Origin: Chthoniobacteraceae bacterium | GTDB lineage: Bacteria; Verrucomicrobiota; Verrucomicrobiia; Chthoniobacterales; Chthoniobacteraceae | Assembly: GCA_031409655.1 (NCBI GenBank) | Contig: JANNXQ010000279.1 | Location: forward strand, 1-31,953 | Reading direction: 5' to 3' | DNA: 31,953 nt | Part shown: one piece after another, positions 1-13,243 of the stretch | Layout: every line of letters begins with the position of its first letter | How positions within the stretch are numbered: position 1 is the stretch's first letter | The notes under the pieces: model-generated | The model's database searches: none | What the model was told of the DNA's origin: nothing | Seen by the model: the letters and a program-made list of their open reading frames with translations, nothing else | Program-made: the position numbers and the translations under genes

Positions 1-217
1 CGAGTCGCGGATGGTGGCGGGCTCGCCTTTCTCGACGCTTCAATGGGGCCGCGATCTTTCGACCGCGGATAGCGAGTCGGTGTACGACAATCGGCACCTC
101 GTGGACGGGCTTCAATGGGGCCGCGATCTTTCGACCGCGGATAGCACGGGCAGACAGGTGGCGCCAAAGCTCACCCCTGCAGCTTCAATGGGGCCGCGAT
201 CTTTCGACCGCGGATAG
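1..217 (-). CRISPR. CRISPR array, leader-proximal end (continues left of the window); type I-G-like 36-bp repeat
   Basis: Three identical repeats GCTTCAATGGGGCCGCGATCTTTCGACCGCGGATAG at 37-72, 109-144 and 182-217. Spacers at 1-36 (at least 36 nt), 73-108 (36 nt) and 145-181 (37 nt). On the minus strand the repeat ends ATTGAAGC and folds CCGCGGTC-GAAA-GATCGCGG. Confidence 0.98.
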
Positions 218-473
218 AGTCGTGTGGTAAACCGTTCTTCATAAACGCGCAATCCAGAAGAGCGCGAGACGACCGGCGCGATCCTTTTAGCGAGTTCCCA
301 TTTCAGACGTTTTTCTTCTATACTTCGATCCCGAAGGGCCGCCGGCACTTGATCGCGAGCGACCAGCCCAGCAGGCGCCATCATGCCACCGCTCGCGTCA
401 TTCACGACGCGCAGAGATTTCGTCTTCAGAATATCAATGAACCGCGTCCCGGTGAGCGGAACGCTCGATCCGG
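218..473 (-). promoter_or_regulatory. CRISPR leader
   Basis: Non-coding stretch between the cas2 stop and the first repeat, upstream of the array in its inferred minus-strand orientation. Confidence 0.75.
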
Positions 474-764
474 TCACACCACGTAGCATGGCGAGTCCAA
501 CTTCGTATAGGGTTTCCCCAGCGCGGCGATGACGCGGTCCCCACGGCCTTCCGACGGCCCGAGGCTTACGAAAAGCACCTGGTCGTCCGTTTGCGAGATG
601 ACGCTGAGCAGTTCCCGCTGCAAACCAGCCAGCTCGCTCCCGTTCAGGTCGCACTCGAAGACCGAGAATTGCAGATGCTCGCCGTGATTCTTGCACACCT
701 TGAAGACCCGGTCGCGGCGCTTGTCTTCGGTGATGTCGTAGCAGACGAGGTAGGTGTTTCGCAT
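474..764 (-). CDS. cas2: CRISPR-associated Cas2
   Basis: 96 aa; YLVCYDI...KRR...LQFSVFEC signature; directly downstream of cas1. Confidence 0.97.
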   Translation of the reverse strand: MRNTYLVCYDITEDKRRDRVFKVCKNHGEHLQFSVFECDLNGSELAGLQRELLSVISQTDDQVLFVSLGPSEGRGDRVIAALGKPYTKLDSPCYVV

Positions 765-782
765 GAGGCAAGCCTTTGCGCG

Positions 783-2921
783 TCACCGCGTCAGGAACGG
801 CACATACTCCGGGATCTCGCCGGTCAGCACCCGGGCGAGGATGCGAAATTGCAGTTCGATCGCACGACGGTAGCTCACTTTGTAGTCGAAAACGGGATGC
901 GTGATGAGCGAGTTCATCCGCTGCTCGAAGCATTGGAAGAATTGCTTCCTCCCGGCGGCATTGAGATTCACGGCGCGGCCCGCAGAGACGAAATCCCTGG
1001 TCGTGACAAAGCGATTGTTGATCGCCGTGAGCACTGCGGACTCTGCGATGAGCGGGCGGAATTCCTCCATCACATCCAGCGCCAGCGCGGGCCGGCCGTG
1101 GCGTGGCTGATGGTAAAAGCCGACGTAGGGATCGAGTCCGACGGCCATCGCAGCGAGCGTGCATTCCTTCGCGAGCAGACTGTAGGCGAGCGAAAGCAGC
1201 GCGTTCACCGGGTCGGTCGGCGGACGGCGATTGCGCGTGGTGAAGTCGAACGTGAACGCCACCTCCGGCGCCGCCGCTGGCTCGGGCTGCGCGATCCCTT
1301 CCAGAAAATCCTCCTCCTCGATCCGCTCCCGTATCATCCCGCCGAACTGCTGAAAATACACGCTCGCCGCCGCGCCTTCCACGCCGAGCAACTCCTCCAG
1401 CGAGCGCGTCGCCAGCGCATCCTCGCGCGCCTGGCCGAGCCGCAGCTTCGTGCGCTCCGGCGGCTCCACATGATTGCGCATGAAGAGCACCCGATGATTG
1501 TGAATCTTCCCGCGCACGAACTGCTGCGCCAGCCGCAGACAGCTCGCCGGGTCCGCCGCGTGCCGGAATTGCTCGATCCGCAGCAGCACATTTTTCAGCG
1601 AATGCCCGCGCGTCATCCCGTAAAACCAGCCGCCCATGGAAAACCAGGTCACCGGGATGTCCGCGTCGCAGAGCCGCTGCACCGCCTGCGTGGACATCTG
1701 GATATTGCCGAACAGCGCGACGTGGCAGACATCCATCACCCGCACCTCCTCCACGAGCCGGTCTTTCTCCTTCACCTTCAGCACCGCATCATTGCAGCCC
1801 ACGCGATAGCCTTGGGTATTGAGATAAAGCGCCCGCTTTTCGTCGCGCGGCGCGATCAGGCGGCGGGGCGGGGAGGAAGGTGAATGGTGATCGGTGATTG
1901 GTGATTGGTTGGTGCCGTCTCGGTCCTCGGCTGGCGCAAACTTTTCCACCGTCGGGATCGAGAGCATCCGCGTCTCATCCGGCAGACACACCGGCGCGAG
2001 CGAACACCGCGCGCACTTCGGCGAATCGACCAGCGGCGGCGGAATCGGCCCCTTCGCACAGACCCGTGCCTCGGCGATTTTGGAAATGACCCACGCCTCC
2101 AGCTCCGGCGTCAGCTCCAGCGGCACGCGCTGCTTCGTCTTTCGGTAGTAAATGATCCCCGTATCGCAGGCGTAACCATTGTCCCGCAGCACCAGGCATT
2201 GCAGACCGAGCTGCATTTTATCCGCATCCCACAACTCCAGCCCGTCCGCGCCTTCGCGCGGCGCACCCACTTTGTAATCCACCGGCTGCACCGCCGCGAC
2301 ACTGCCATCCCGGCTCAATGTCGCCTCCACGAGATCCATCTTCGCCACCACCCCGAGCCGCTCCGACCCCAGCATCACTGAGCGCGAATGAATCTCGTCT
2401 CCATCGGCCACGGACTTCGCCTCAACTCCCTCACCCAGCGCGCTCGTCGCTTGCGGCAACGCACCCTTGCCCTTGTCCACCCGCGCATGCACCGCCGCGC
2501 CCTTCACCGTGTCCGCACTTTCCACGAAAACCCCTTCGACATGCTCGTAGTAAAAAAGCCGCGGACAATAGACGAACTCGTTCAACATCCGTGCCGGGAT
2601 CGACTCCGCCTGCTGCTCCACCTTCGGCGCATCTTCGTCCTCTCCGGTCGCTTCCAACTCCGCATCCTCCACTACCACGACCTCCACCGGCCTGTCCGGC
2701 GCATCCGCCGGCGCAGTCGGGAATGTGTCCGGCGGGACGCCTACCCTACCCTCGACGGGTGCTTCGGGCGGGACCGTTGCCTCGACCACACCGGCCTCGC
2801 CACCCGTCGCGGTAAACGCCTGCTGCACGACTTCGGAAAGCTGCTTCGCAAACAAATCCGGCCCGCCGTCTCCGCCTGAGCGGCGACGTCCTCCGCGTCC
2901 CGAACGATTTCTTTCACGCAT
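783..2921 (-). CDS. cas1: Cas4-Cas1 fusion (type I-G) with a ~105-aa low-complexity N-terminal extension
   Basis: Cas4 motifs (LNEFVYCPR, DYK, QLGLQ, CARCSLAPVC) followed by Cas1 motifs (LLGVEG, RNRRPPTDPVNALLSLAY, GFYH, LALDVMEEFRP). GGAG RBS precedes the ATG at 2921. Confidence 0.96.
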   Translation of the reverse strand: MRERNRSGRGGRRRSGGDGGPDLFAKQLSEVVQQAFTATGGEAGVVEATVPPEAPVEGRVGVPPDTFPTAPADAPDRPVEVVVVEDAELEATGEDEDAPKVEQQAESIPARMLNEFVYCPRLFYYEHVEGVFVESADTVKGAAVHARVDKGKGALPQATSALGEGVEAKSVADGDEIHSRSVMLGSERLGVVAKMDLVEATLSRDGSVAAVQPVDYKVGAPREGADGLELWDADKMQLGLQCLVLRDNGYACDTGIIYYRKTKQRVPLELTPELEAWVISKIAEARVCAKGPIPPPLVDSPKCARCSLAPVCLPDETRMLSIPTVEKFAPAEDRDGTNQSPITDHHSPSSPPRRLIAPRDEKRALYLNTQGYRVGCNDAVLKVKEKDRLVEEVRVMDVCHVALFGNIQMSTQAVQRLCDADIPVTWFSMGGWFYGMTRGHSLKNVLLRIEQFRHAADPASCLRLAQQFVRGKIHNHRVLFMRNHVEPPERTKLRLGQAREDALATRSLEELLGVEGAAASVYFQQFGGMIRERIEEEDFLEGIAQPEPAAAPEVAFTFDFTTRNRRPPTDPVNALLSLAYSLLAKECTLAAMAVGLDPYVGFYHQPRHGRPALALDVMEEFRPLIAESAVLTAINNRFVTTRDFVSAGRAVNLNAAGRKQFFQCFEQRMNSLITHPVFDYKVSYRRAIELQFRILARVLTGEIPEYVPFLTR
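1879..1906 (+). repeat. Four tandem heptamers GGTGA(A/T)(T/C) in the Cas4-Cas1 linker
   Basis: GGTGAAT GGTGATC GGTGATT GGTGATT; encodes QSPITDHHSP in the linker. Confidence 0.7.
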
Positions 2922-2969
2922 GGCAGTCTCCTGATCTTGCCGCTTCCATCCTTGGTAACGAACTGGCCT
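2891..2969 (-). repeat. csb2/cas4-cas1 junction, copy A (contains the real cas4-cas1 start)
   Basis: 2891-2932 matches 4471-4512 at 39/42 nt. Upstream reads GQFV on the minus strand, versus GLFV at the csb2 3' end. Confidence 0.85.
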
Positions 2970-3506
2970 TCATGATTTGTCCTCCTCGCGATGAAAGCCG
3001 ATCCGCGGCTTCGGCGGGTCCGGCGGCGGCAGCAGCAGCGGACGCAGTTTTTGAATCACATCCCGCAGCGCGCTGTCGTGGCTGAGCAGCGTCTTCTCGA
3101 TCTTCTGCAACCGCGCTTCGAGCGTCGCATCGGCCAGCAATTCCCGCCGCATCTTCACGAACGCCCGCACCACATACACACTCATCGCCACCGCCCGCTC
3201 GCTACTCAGAATCGTCGCCGCCATGATCGCCCCGTGCTCGGTGAAGACCAAAGGAAGGTATTTGCGGTGCTGCCCGCGCCCTGCGGTCTTTAAGGTTCCA
3301 ATTTGGCACCTTAAAGAAGCCCATTCCTCCTTGGTGAGCTGGAAAACAAAATCGGCAGGAAAGCGCGCCGCATTCCGGCTGATTGCCCGATTGAACTGCT
3401 TCGTCTCCACGCCATAAATAATCGCCAGATCGCTATCGAGCATCACGGACTCGCCGCGGATGGCAAAGATGCGGGGGACAATGGCTGACAGCTCGTCCGG
3501 CTTCAT
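2970..3506 (-). CDS. ORF6N-domain DNA-binding protein
   Basis: IRGESVMLDSDLAIIYGVETKQFNRAISRNAARFPADFVFQLT...YLPLVFTEHGAIMAATILSSERA is typical of ORF6N proteins. Start placed at MKPDELS (3506), not 3701. Confidence 0.88.
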   Translation of the reverse strand: MKPDELSAIVPRIFAIRGESVMLDSDLAIIYGVETKQFNRAISRNAARFPADFVFQLTKEEWASLRCQIGTLKTAGRGQHRKYLPLVFTEHGAIMAATILSSERAVAMSVYVVRAFVKMRRELLADATLEARLQKIEKTLLSHDSALRDVIQKLRPLLLPPPDPPKPRIGFHREEDKS

Positions 3507-3526
3507 GATTCTTTGGTCACTGGGTT

Positions 3527-3715
3527 CTACGGCATCGTGTGCCTCCCGCCGGGCAAACTTGAGGTTGCAATTTGTGACATCAAGTCTGTCCACTCCTGAG
3601 CAGTAAGCTGAAATGCAAAGTCCAATGAGGGCACGGCATCGGCCATCTTTAGGATCACAGTCTGTGACCTTAAAGCCACGCTCCCTTGAGCATCGGACCA
3701 ACTTTTTTCACACAT
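3527..3715 (-). pseudogene. Chimeric 62-aa ORF: degenerate cas4-cas1 start fused to ORF6N fragments
   Basis: MCEKSWS resembles MRERNRS. LRSQTVILK and DFAFQLTAQEWTDLMSQIATSS resemble DFVFQLTKEEWASLRCQIGTLK of the adjacent ORF6N gene. Confidence 0.65.
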
Positions 3716-3783
3716 GGCAGTTTCCTCTTTGCTTGCCGCTTTCTAGGCGTGCCCGGCAGGAATGCACAGCCCCAATCCAAAGG
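3690..3783 (-). repeat. csb2/cas4-cas1 junction, copy B (diverged)
   Basis: GCAGGAATGCACAGCCCCAATCCAAAG versus csb2 GCAGGAACGAACAGCCCCAATCCGAAG (FGLGLCIPA vs FGLGLFVPA). Also minus-strand GAGGAAACTGCCATGTGTGAAA versus GAGGAGACTTCCATGCGTGAAA. Confidence 0.8.
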
Positions 3784-3824
3784 ACGAAAACATCCATCGT
3801 CGCGGAGTGCCTCCAATCCTCAGC

Positions 3825-3861
3825 TTGACCCGTGCATACAACAGAGGCATCAGTGTATGCA
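3825..3861 (+). promoter_or_regulatory. vapBC promoter/operator
   Basis: TTGACC at 3825-3830. Perfect inverted repeat TGCATACA (3833-3840) / TGTATGCA (3854-3861) overlapping the start codon, as expected for TA autorepression. Confidence 0.65.
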
Positions 3862-4067
3862 TGAGAACGACGCTGAACATTGACGACTCCCTGCTCGCGC
3901 AAGCCGGCGAATACACCGGCGAGACCGAAAAAACCGCGCTCGTCCGCATGGGATTGGAAGCACTGATCCAGCGTGAATCGGCCCGGCGTCTCGCTGCCCT
4001 TGGTGGCACCATGCCATCCCTCACCGTGCCTCCACGCCGCCGTCCGGAGACCAAGCGGCGCAAATGA
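3861..4067 (+). CDS. vapB: VapB-type antitoxin
   Basis: MRTTLNIDDSLL RHH-like N-terminus; ATGA overlap with the PIN toxin. Start moved from 3762 to 3861. Confidence 0.9.
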   Translation: MRTTLNIDDSLLAQAGEYTGETEKTALVRMGLEALIQRESARRLAALGGTMPSLTVPPRRRPETKRRK

Positions 4068-4429
4068 TCCTCGCCGACACGTCGGTCTGGGTGCAGCACT
4101 TCCGGCGCGGGGTGCCGGACTTTGCGACGGCCCTGCAAAACGGCCAGATTTCCATCCACCCCGTCGTCCTCGGCGAGCTGGCGAGCGGCAATCTGGCCAG
4201 GCGCACCCAGACTCTGGCCGCACTGCGCAGTCTGCCGCGCACCAAAGCCGGCACCACCGAAGAATGCCTCGATTTCATCGAGACCCACACGCTCTACGGT
4301 CGCGGCATCGGTTGGAACGACCTCCAGTTGCTCGTCGCCGCCCGGCTCTCCGGCAACCCGCTCTGGTCGCTCGACACCCGTCTCACCGCCGCCGCGGTCG
4401 AACTGGGCGTGGCTCATTCCGCTCCCTGA
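4064..4429 (+). CDS. vapC: VapC PIN-domain toxin
   Basis: MILADTSVW, VLGEL, GIGWNDLQL and LWSLD carry the PIN acidic residues; 121 aa. Confidence 0.93.
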   Translation: MILADTSVWVQHFRRGVPDFATALQNGQISIHPVVLGELASGNLARRTQTLAALRSLPRTKAGTTEECLDFIETHTLYGRGIGWNDLQLLVAARLSGNPLWSLDTRLTAAAVELGVAHSAP

Positions 4430-4529
4430 CTTGCCGGCCACCGGCGAGCGATCGATTCGATCCCGCTCCGCTCCACGACCCGAACGATTTCTTTCACGCA
4501 TGGAAGTCTCCTCTTTTTCTGCCTGCCAT

Positions 4530-9306
<4,777 letters not shown>

Positions 9307-9310
9307 CGGC

Positions 9311-11761
9311 TTAGGCGTTCGAGGTGGCGAGTGCCGACGCTCGCATGTCGGCGACGCGGAGCAGTGTTTCGAGATAGGCGAGGCGGAATGGACCGAAGCG
9401 GTCGCGCAGGGCGATGGTGCGGGCGAGCCATGACGCGCCGCGCGGGCCGTCGCCCATTTTCATGAAGCTGAGATCGAGCGTGACCGGGCTGGTTGCGCCG
9501 CCGGGGAGACCGGCAGCGGGGAGTTCTTCGCCATCCCAGATGCCGCGTGCGTGCAGTCGGTCGGAGGCTCCGTCGGGTGCTTGTTCGTTTGGCAGCGCGC
9601 GGATGGAGAGGCGCACTTTGCCATGATGCGTGGCGATGAGATAGGCGATGAGATCGCGCTCGGCGGCATCGGCAGGTGCGGCGATGAGCCACGCAAGCGC
9701 GGAAGCGAGTTCGTGGCGAAATCCTTTGCGCTTATAGCGTCCGCCTTTGCCGGCAGACTTTGCCCAAATGGTGTCTCCATCCGGCGGCGTTCCGCCGTTG
9801 CGAAGCGCCTGCTGAAAGACCGAATGCGCCTTGCCCGTGTCGTGCCAGAGGGCGGCGGTTTCGAGAGCGGCGATCTCGTCCGGCGTGAGCGAGAGGGCCG
9901 TAGTGAGAGAGCGCGCGGCGGCGATGACATCGGCGGTGTGGTCTTGGAGGCTCAGCCACCGGCCGACGAAGCTGTTGGGATCGCCGGAAATTCCTTCGCG
10001 CTTTTTGTCTATCTCGCCCGGAAGAGGAGCTGGTTGATCCTTCGGCTCGCGAGTCCATCCGAGTTCCTCGGAGTAGCCGCCGCTTTCTGCTGCGACCAGA
10101 TAAAGCCCGCCGGGTCGTGGCCGCTTCGCTTCCTGCCATCGGTCTTCCAGCGCATTCCACACAAACGCCTTCGGCTTTTTGGAACTGAGGAACTTTGCAA
10201 ACTCCGCGAGCGAGACGCGGCATAATTCGCGTCGGGTGGGAGCGGTTGTGTCTTCCGCAGGCCCGCCATCTGGAACGACCCGCCAGAAAACTTGCACGTC
10301 CGTATCGTCGCCGTCGCGGATGTAGCGGGAGACATCGAGATCGTTTCCGCAGAGGTCGGGAGTGGTGTCGAAAAGATCAAGGAGGTCTTTGCGCCGCAGG
10401 ACGGGGCGAACGACGCGCGGGACGGGGACGGTGACTTTTTCGAGCAACGCCAAGCCGACATCGGAACCGGCTTGGTGCAATCCATCGCGAGCGGCGTTCA
10501 ACTCCTCCGCGGTGTAGGGCAATGCGAGGTCATCCGATGCCGTCTCCACGTCGATCCAAATGACTTCGGCACCGGTGACGAACTCGCCTGCTCGATTGCA
10601 ACGGCCAAAGCGCTGAACGAGCGAAGCCCACGGGGCCAGCTCGGTGATGAGCAAACGCGCGGAGATGTCCACGCCAGCCTCGACAGCTTGTGTGGCGATA
10701 ATGATGCGATCACCGCTGGCGGTGAGCAGCGACTGATGCCGCTCGCGATCCGCTGGCCGGAATCTCGAATGGATGAGGGCGAGCCGCACATTCGGAACTT
10801 TGGCTTTCAACAGCGCCGAATAGATCGCTTGCGCGCGGGCGACACGGTTCACGACGACAAGCGTCAATGAACCTTCCGTGTGCCGAGTAGTAATGAGTTC
10901 AGCGACGTGCTTCGCGTAATCCTTCTTGGTCGCCGAATCGAGGGCGAGTGGCGCGGCGGTGAGAGTCTTCGCCGCCTCAATGCGGGCGCGGACCGCCGGC
11001 AATGCGCGATCACTTTCGCTGAGAGAAATTGTCGGCCAGCCGCTCTCGGGTTTCTTGTGGTCAACGGTCGCGAGTTGAGCCTGGTCGAGCGTGGCGCTCA
11101 TCCACCACGTCGGGCACTGGCTGAGTGTGGATGAGGCCCGGAAGGCGTCGAGTTGCGCGCTCGTCTCGACACCGACTCCCATCAACTGCGTTTCATCGAG
11201 CACCCAAAGGCAATCGCTGTTGAGCAGGCCGAACTGCATCGGCCAGCGGTAGCGGCTCATGCCATAGCCACGGCTCAAGGCGCGAGAGAGGAGCATGTCT
11301 TGAGTGCCGATGAGGATGGCGTTGTGCTCGGGGTAGAGATCCCAATCAGTCTTCTCTTCGCCGCCCATGAGGATGTGGAGGCCGACTTTGCCGTCGTGCT
11401 TGCCTTCACCTTTCCACTCCCGATCACCAAGATTGCTTAGCCATGTTCGCACGTTGTCCCGCGTCTGTTCGACGAGGGTGCGCACCGGTAAACAGAGGAC
11501 GAGGCGGCGCGGCCATTGGGCGCGGGCGTCGGCATTCGGCTGCAACGCCCGATTCCAAAGCCACGCCATGACGACCGCGGCAGTTTTTCCGCAGCCGGTC
11601 GGGATTTGGATGAGTTGCGAGTCGCATGCTGTGCCGCTGCCCAAGGACTCTGGGTCGCTCGGCTTAGCATCAGGACCGCAGGCGAGACGGCATTGATAAG
11701 TGAAAGGCGAAGGCAGACCGGTGCCCTCCTTGAAAACCGCGAAGTAGTTGGTGCCGCTCAT
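9311..11761 (-). CDS. cas3: Cas3 helicase with C-terminal HD nuclease (type I-G architecture)
   Basis: PTGCGKT, LDETQ, MSAT, HSRF, TQAVEAGVDI and QRFGRCNR helicase motifs; WHDTGKA, FRHELAS and ATHHG HD motifs at the C-terminus. Confidence 0.96.
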   Translation of the reverse strand: MSGTNYFAVFKEGTGLPSPFTYQCRLACGPDAKPSDPESLGSGTACDSQLIQIPTGCGKTAAVVMAWLWNRALQPNADARAQWPRRLVLCLPVRTLVEQTRDNVRTWLSNLGDREWKGEGKHDGKVGLHILMGGEEKTDWDLYPEHNAILIGTQDMLLSRALSRGYGMSRYRWPMQFGLLNSDCLWVLDETQLMGVGVETSAQLDAFRASSTLSQCPTWWMSATLDQAQLATVDHKKPESGWPTISLSESDRALPAVRARIEAAKTLTAAPLALDSATKKDYAKHVAELITTRHTEGSLTLVVVNRVARAQAIYSALLKAKVPNVRLALIHSRFRPADRERHQSLLTASGDRIIIATQAVEAGVDISARLLITELAPWASLVQRFGRCNRAGEFVTGAEVIWIDVETASDDLALPYTAEELNAARDGLHQAGSDVGLALLEKVTVPVPRVVRPVLRRKDLLDLFDTTPDLCGNDLDVSRYIRDGDDTDVQVFWRVVPDGGPAEDTTAPTRRELCRVSLAEFAKFLSSKKPKAFVWNALEDRWQEAKRPRPGGLYLVAAESGGYSEELGWTREPKDQPAPLPGEIDKKREGISGDPNSFVGRWLSLQDHTADVIAAARSLTTALSLTPDEIAALETAALWHDTGKAHSVFQQALRNGGTPPDGDTIWAKSAGKGGRYKRKGFRHELASALAWLIAAPADAAERDLIAYLIATHHGKVRLSIRALPNEQAPDGASDRLHARGIWDGEELPAAGLPGGATSPVTLDLSFMKMGDGPRGASWLARTIALRDRFGPFRLAYLETLLRVADMRASALATSNA

Positions 11762-11853
11762 AGTTTCTGCGAGTCGAAGATTTGCTCAGGCTTCCGATGT
11801 CTCAGCGGCCCGGCTTCTTGCAAATACGGCCCCGCTAAGGCAGCTTTGCCGAC

Positions 11854-12084
11854 GTGAGCACGCTGACCGAAATAGAAGCAGCCATCGCGAAACTTCCGCC
11901 TCCGGAGTTTCGCGAGCTTTTGCACAAGCTGAACGAACGCGACGCCGCCGAGTGGGATCGCCAAATCGAAGACGACGCGCAGAGCGGCAAGCTGGATCGC
12001 TTGTCTTCGCGGTTGATGAAAGAGGAGGGCGGTCAGCCGGAGGTAGCGTTCGATGAAATCCTCGACGCCCCCAAGCTTTCGTAG
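11854..12084 (+). CDS. Putative antitoxin
   Basis: 76 aa, GTG start, acidic WDRQIEDDAQSGKLD motif; overlaps the downstream toxin-like gene. Confidence 0.75.
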   Translation: MSTLTEIEAAIAKLPPPEFRELLHKLNERDAAEWDRQIEDDAQSGKLDRLSSRLMKEEGGQPEVAFDEILDAPKLS

Positions 12085-12310
12085 GCGTCTGCATGAACTT
12101 CCGCCGCCGGTTCGCCGACTCGCGCGCAAGAACTTCAAACTCTGGCTGCGCGAACCGCATCATCCCTCCCTCCATTTCAAGAAAATCGGGAGGTTTTGGT
12201 CCGCTCGTGTCGGCGGCGATTACCGCGCCCTGGCCATGGTGCAGGCCGACGAGGCCGAGTGGTTTTGGATCGGGCCGCACGATGAGTATGATCGGCTGCT
12301 CAATTCCTAG
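12053..12310 (+). CDS. RelE/ParE-like toxin
   Basis: 85 aa, basic; HPSLHFKK, WSARVGGDYRAL and WFWIGPHDEYD motifs. Confidence 0.82.
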   Translation: MKSSTPPSFRRRLHELPPPVRRLARKNFKLWLREPHHPSLHFKKIGRFWSARVGGDYRALAMVQADEAEWFWIGPHDEYDRLLNS

Positions 12311-12470
12311 CGCTCCGAATCCATCATGTGAAACGAGTTGAGCGATGCCGGCGACTTGGTTGACGCCGACCTTCACAAGGACCGCACGATATGGATTGCC
12401 TCTCATACTCCGGGGGGTGATTTCGTGCAAAGGCCTGACAGCCACCGAGCCGCGTGGCAAGACGTGAGGT

Positions 12471-13154
12471 TCACGACTCGCCGCGGCTTTTGCGGTCTTC
12501 CTCCCGGACGAGTTCTTGCATAGGAGCGGCGGCGGCCAGCTCTTCTTCAGCGTTGGCCACGCCGGCGGCGCGCGCCCGCAGGCCGGCGGTTTTGCGAGAA
12601 ATGCTACGTCCGGTCGAGCGGATGCCGATGCCGTCGGCCTGGTAGGTGGCGGCGTTGCCAGCGGCAATGTGGAGCTGCGCGGCGGTGGCAATGGCGTCTT
12701 GATTCGCGCCGAGGAAGAGGAACTCCCAGGCATAATTCTCGGTTTGATGGCGGATGCGTTTGGAGACAGTCTTCCACGTTTCGTGAACGGAGGCGTTTTC
12801 AAGGCCGTCGGTGAGGATGGTGACGATGACTTTTCCGGGACGCGCCGCTTCCGGCAGCGCGGCGAGGCGGGCGCCGAGTTCATCAATGGTGCGACCGATG
12901 GCGTCGAGCAGGGCAGTGCTGTTGCGCGGGACGTAGGTGGTGTCGTCGAGCGGGACGACTTCAGCAACGGGGATCGACTGGATCGGGACGAGGTATTCGT
13001 CGTCGAAAAGCACCAGAGTGAGCCGGGCCTGGCCCTGCGCGTGTTGTTGTTCCAGAAGGAAGAAATTGAATCCTTCGATGGCTTGGGCGGCCATGGATTG
13101 CATGGAGCCGGAGCGGTCGAGGAGGAAGACGAGTTCAGCGAGGTTTGCGTTCAT
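12471..13154 (-). CDS. Cytoplasmic vWA-domain protein
   Basis: MIDAS motif LDRSGSM, TALLDAIG, LTDGLENAS, FLFLGANQDA. Start placed at MNANL (13154); no signal peptide. Confidence 0.9.
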   Translation of the reverse strand: MNANLAELVFLLDRSGSMQSMAAQAIEGFNFFLLEQQHAQGQARLTLVLFDDEYLVPIQSIPVAEVVPLDDTTYVPRNSTALLDAIGRTIDELGARLAALPEAARPGKVIVTILTDGLENASVHETWKTVSKRIRHQTENYAWEFLFLGANQDAIATAAQLHIAAGNAATYQADGIGIRSTGRSISRKTAGLRARAAGVANAEEELAAAAPMQELVREEDRKSRGES

Positions 13155-13178
13155 GCGAGGAGATTGCCTTACCGGGAC

Positions 13179-13193
13179 GGACATTTGCGGTCC
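13179..13193. promoter_or_regulatory. Candidate WYL-regulator operator 1 (GGAC-N7-GTCC)
   Basis: GGACATTTGCGGTCC, about 25 nt upstream of the vWA start. Confidence 0.55.
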
Positions 13194-13243
13194 TATGCCC
13201 GAGCTTTTGATATCAACTCTAATCGCACGGCTACGGTCGCCGA

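Noticed and set aside
11..217. 68-aa ORF with repeated LQWGRDLSTADS
   Set aside because: It is a translation of the CRISPR repeats.
3280..3625. ORF6N fragment as a diversity-generating retroelement template repeat
   Set aside because: Differences from the gene are not adenine-specific, and no reverse transcriptase is present in the window.
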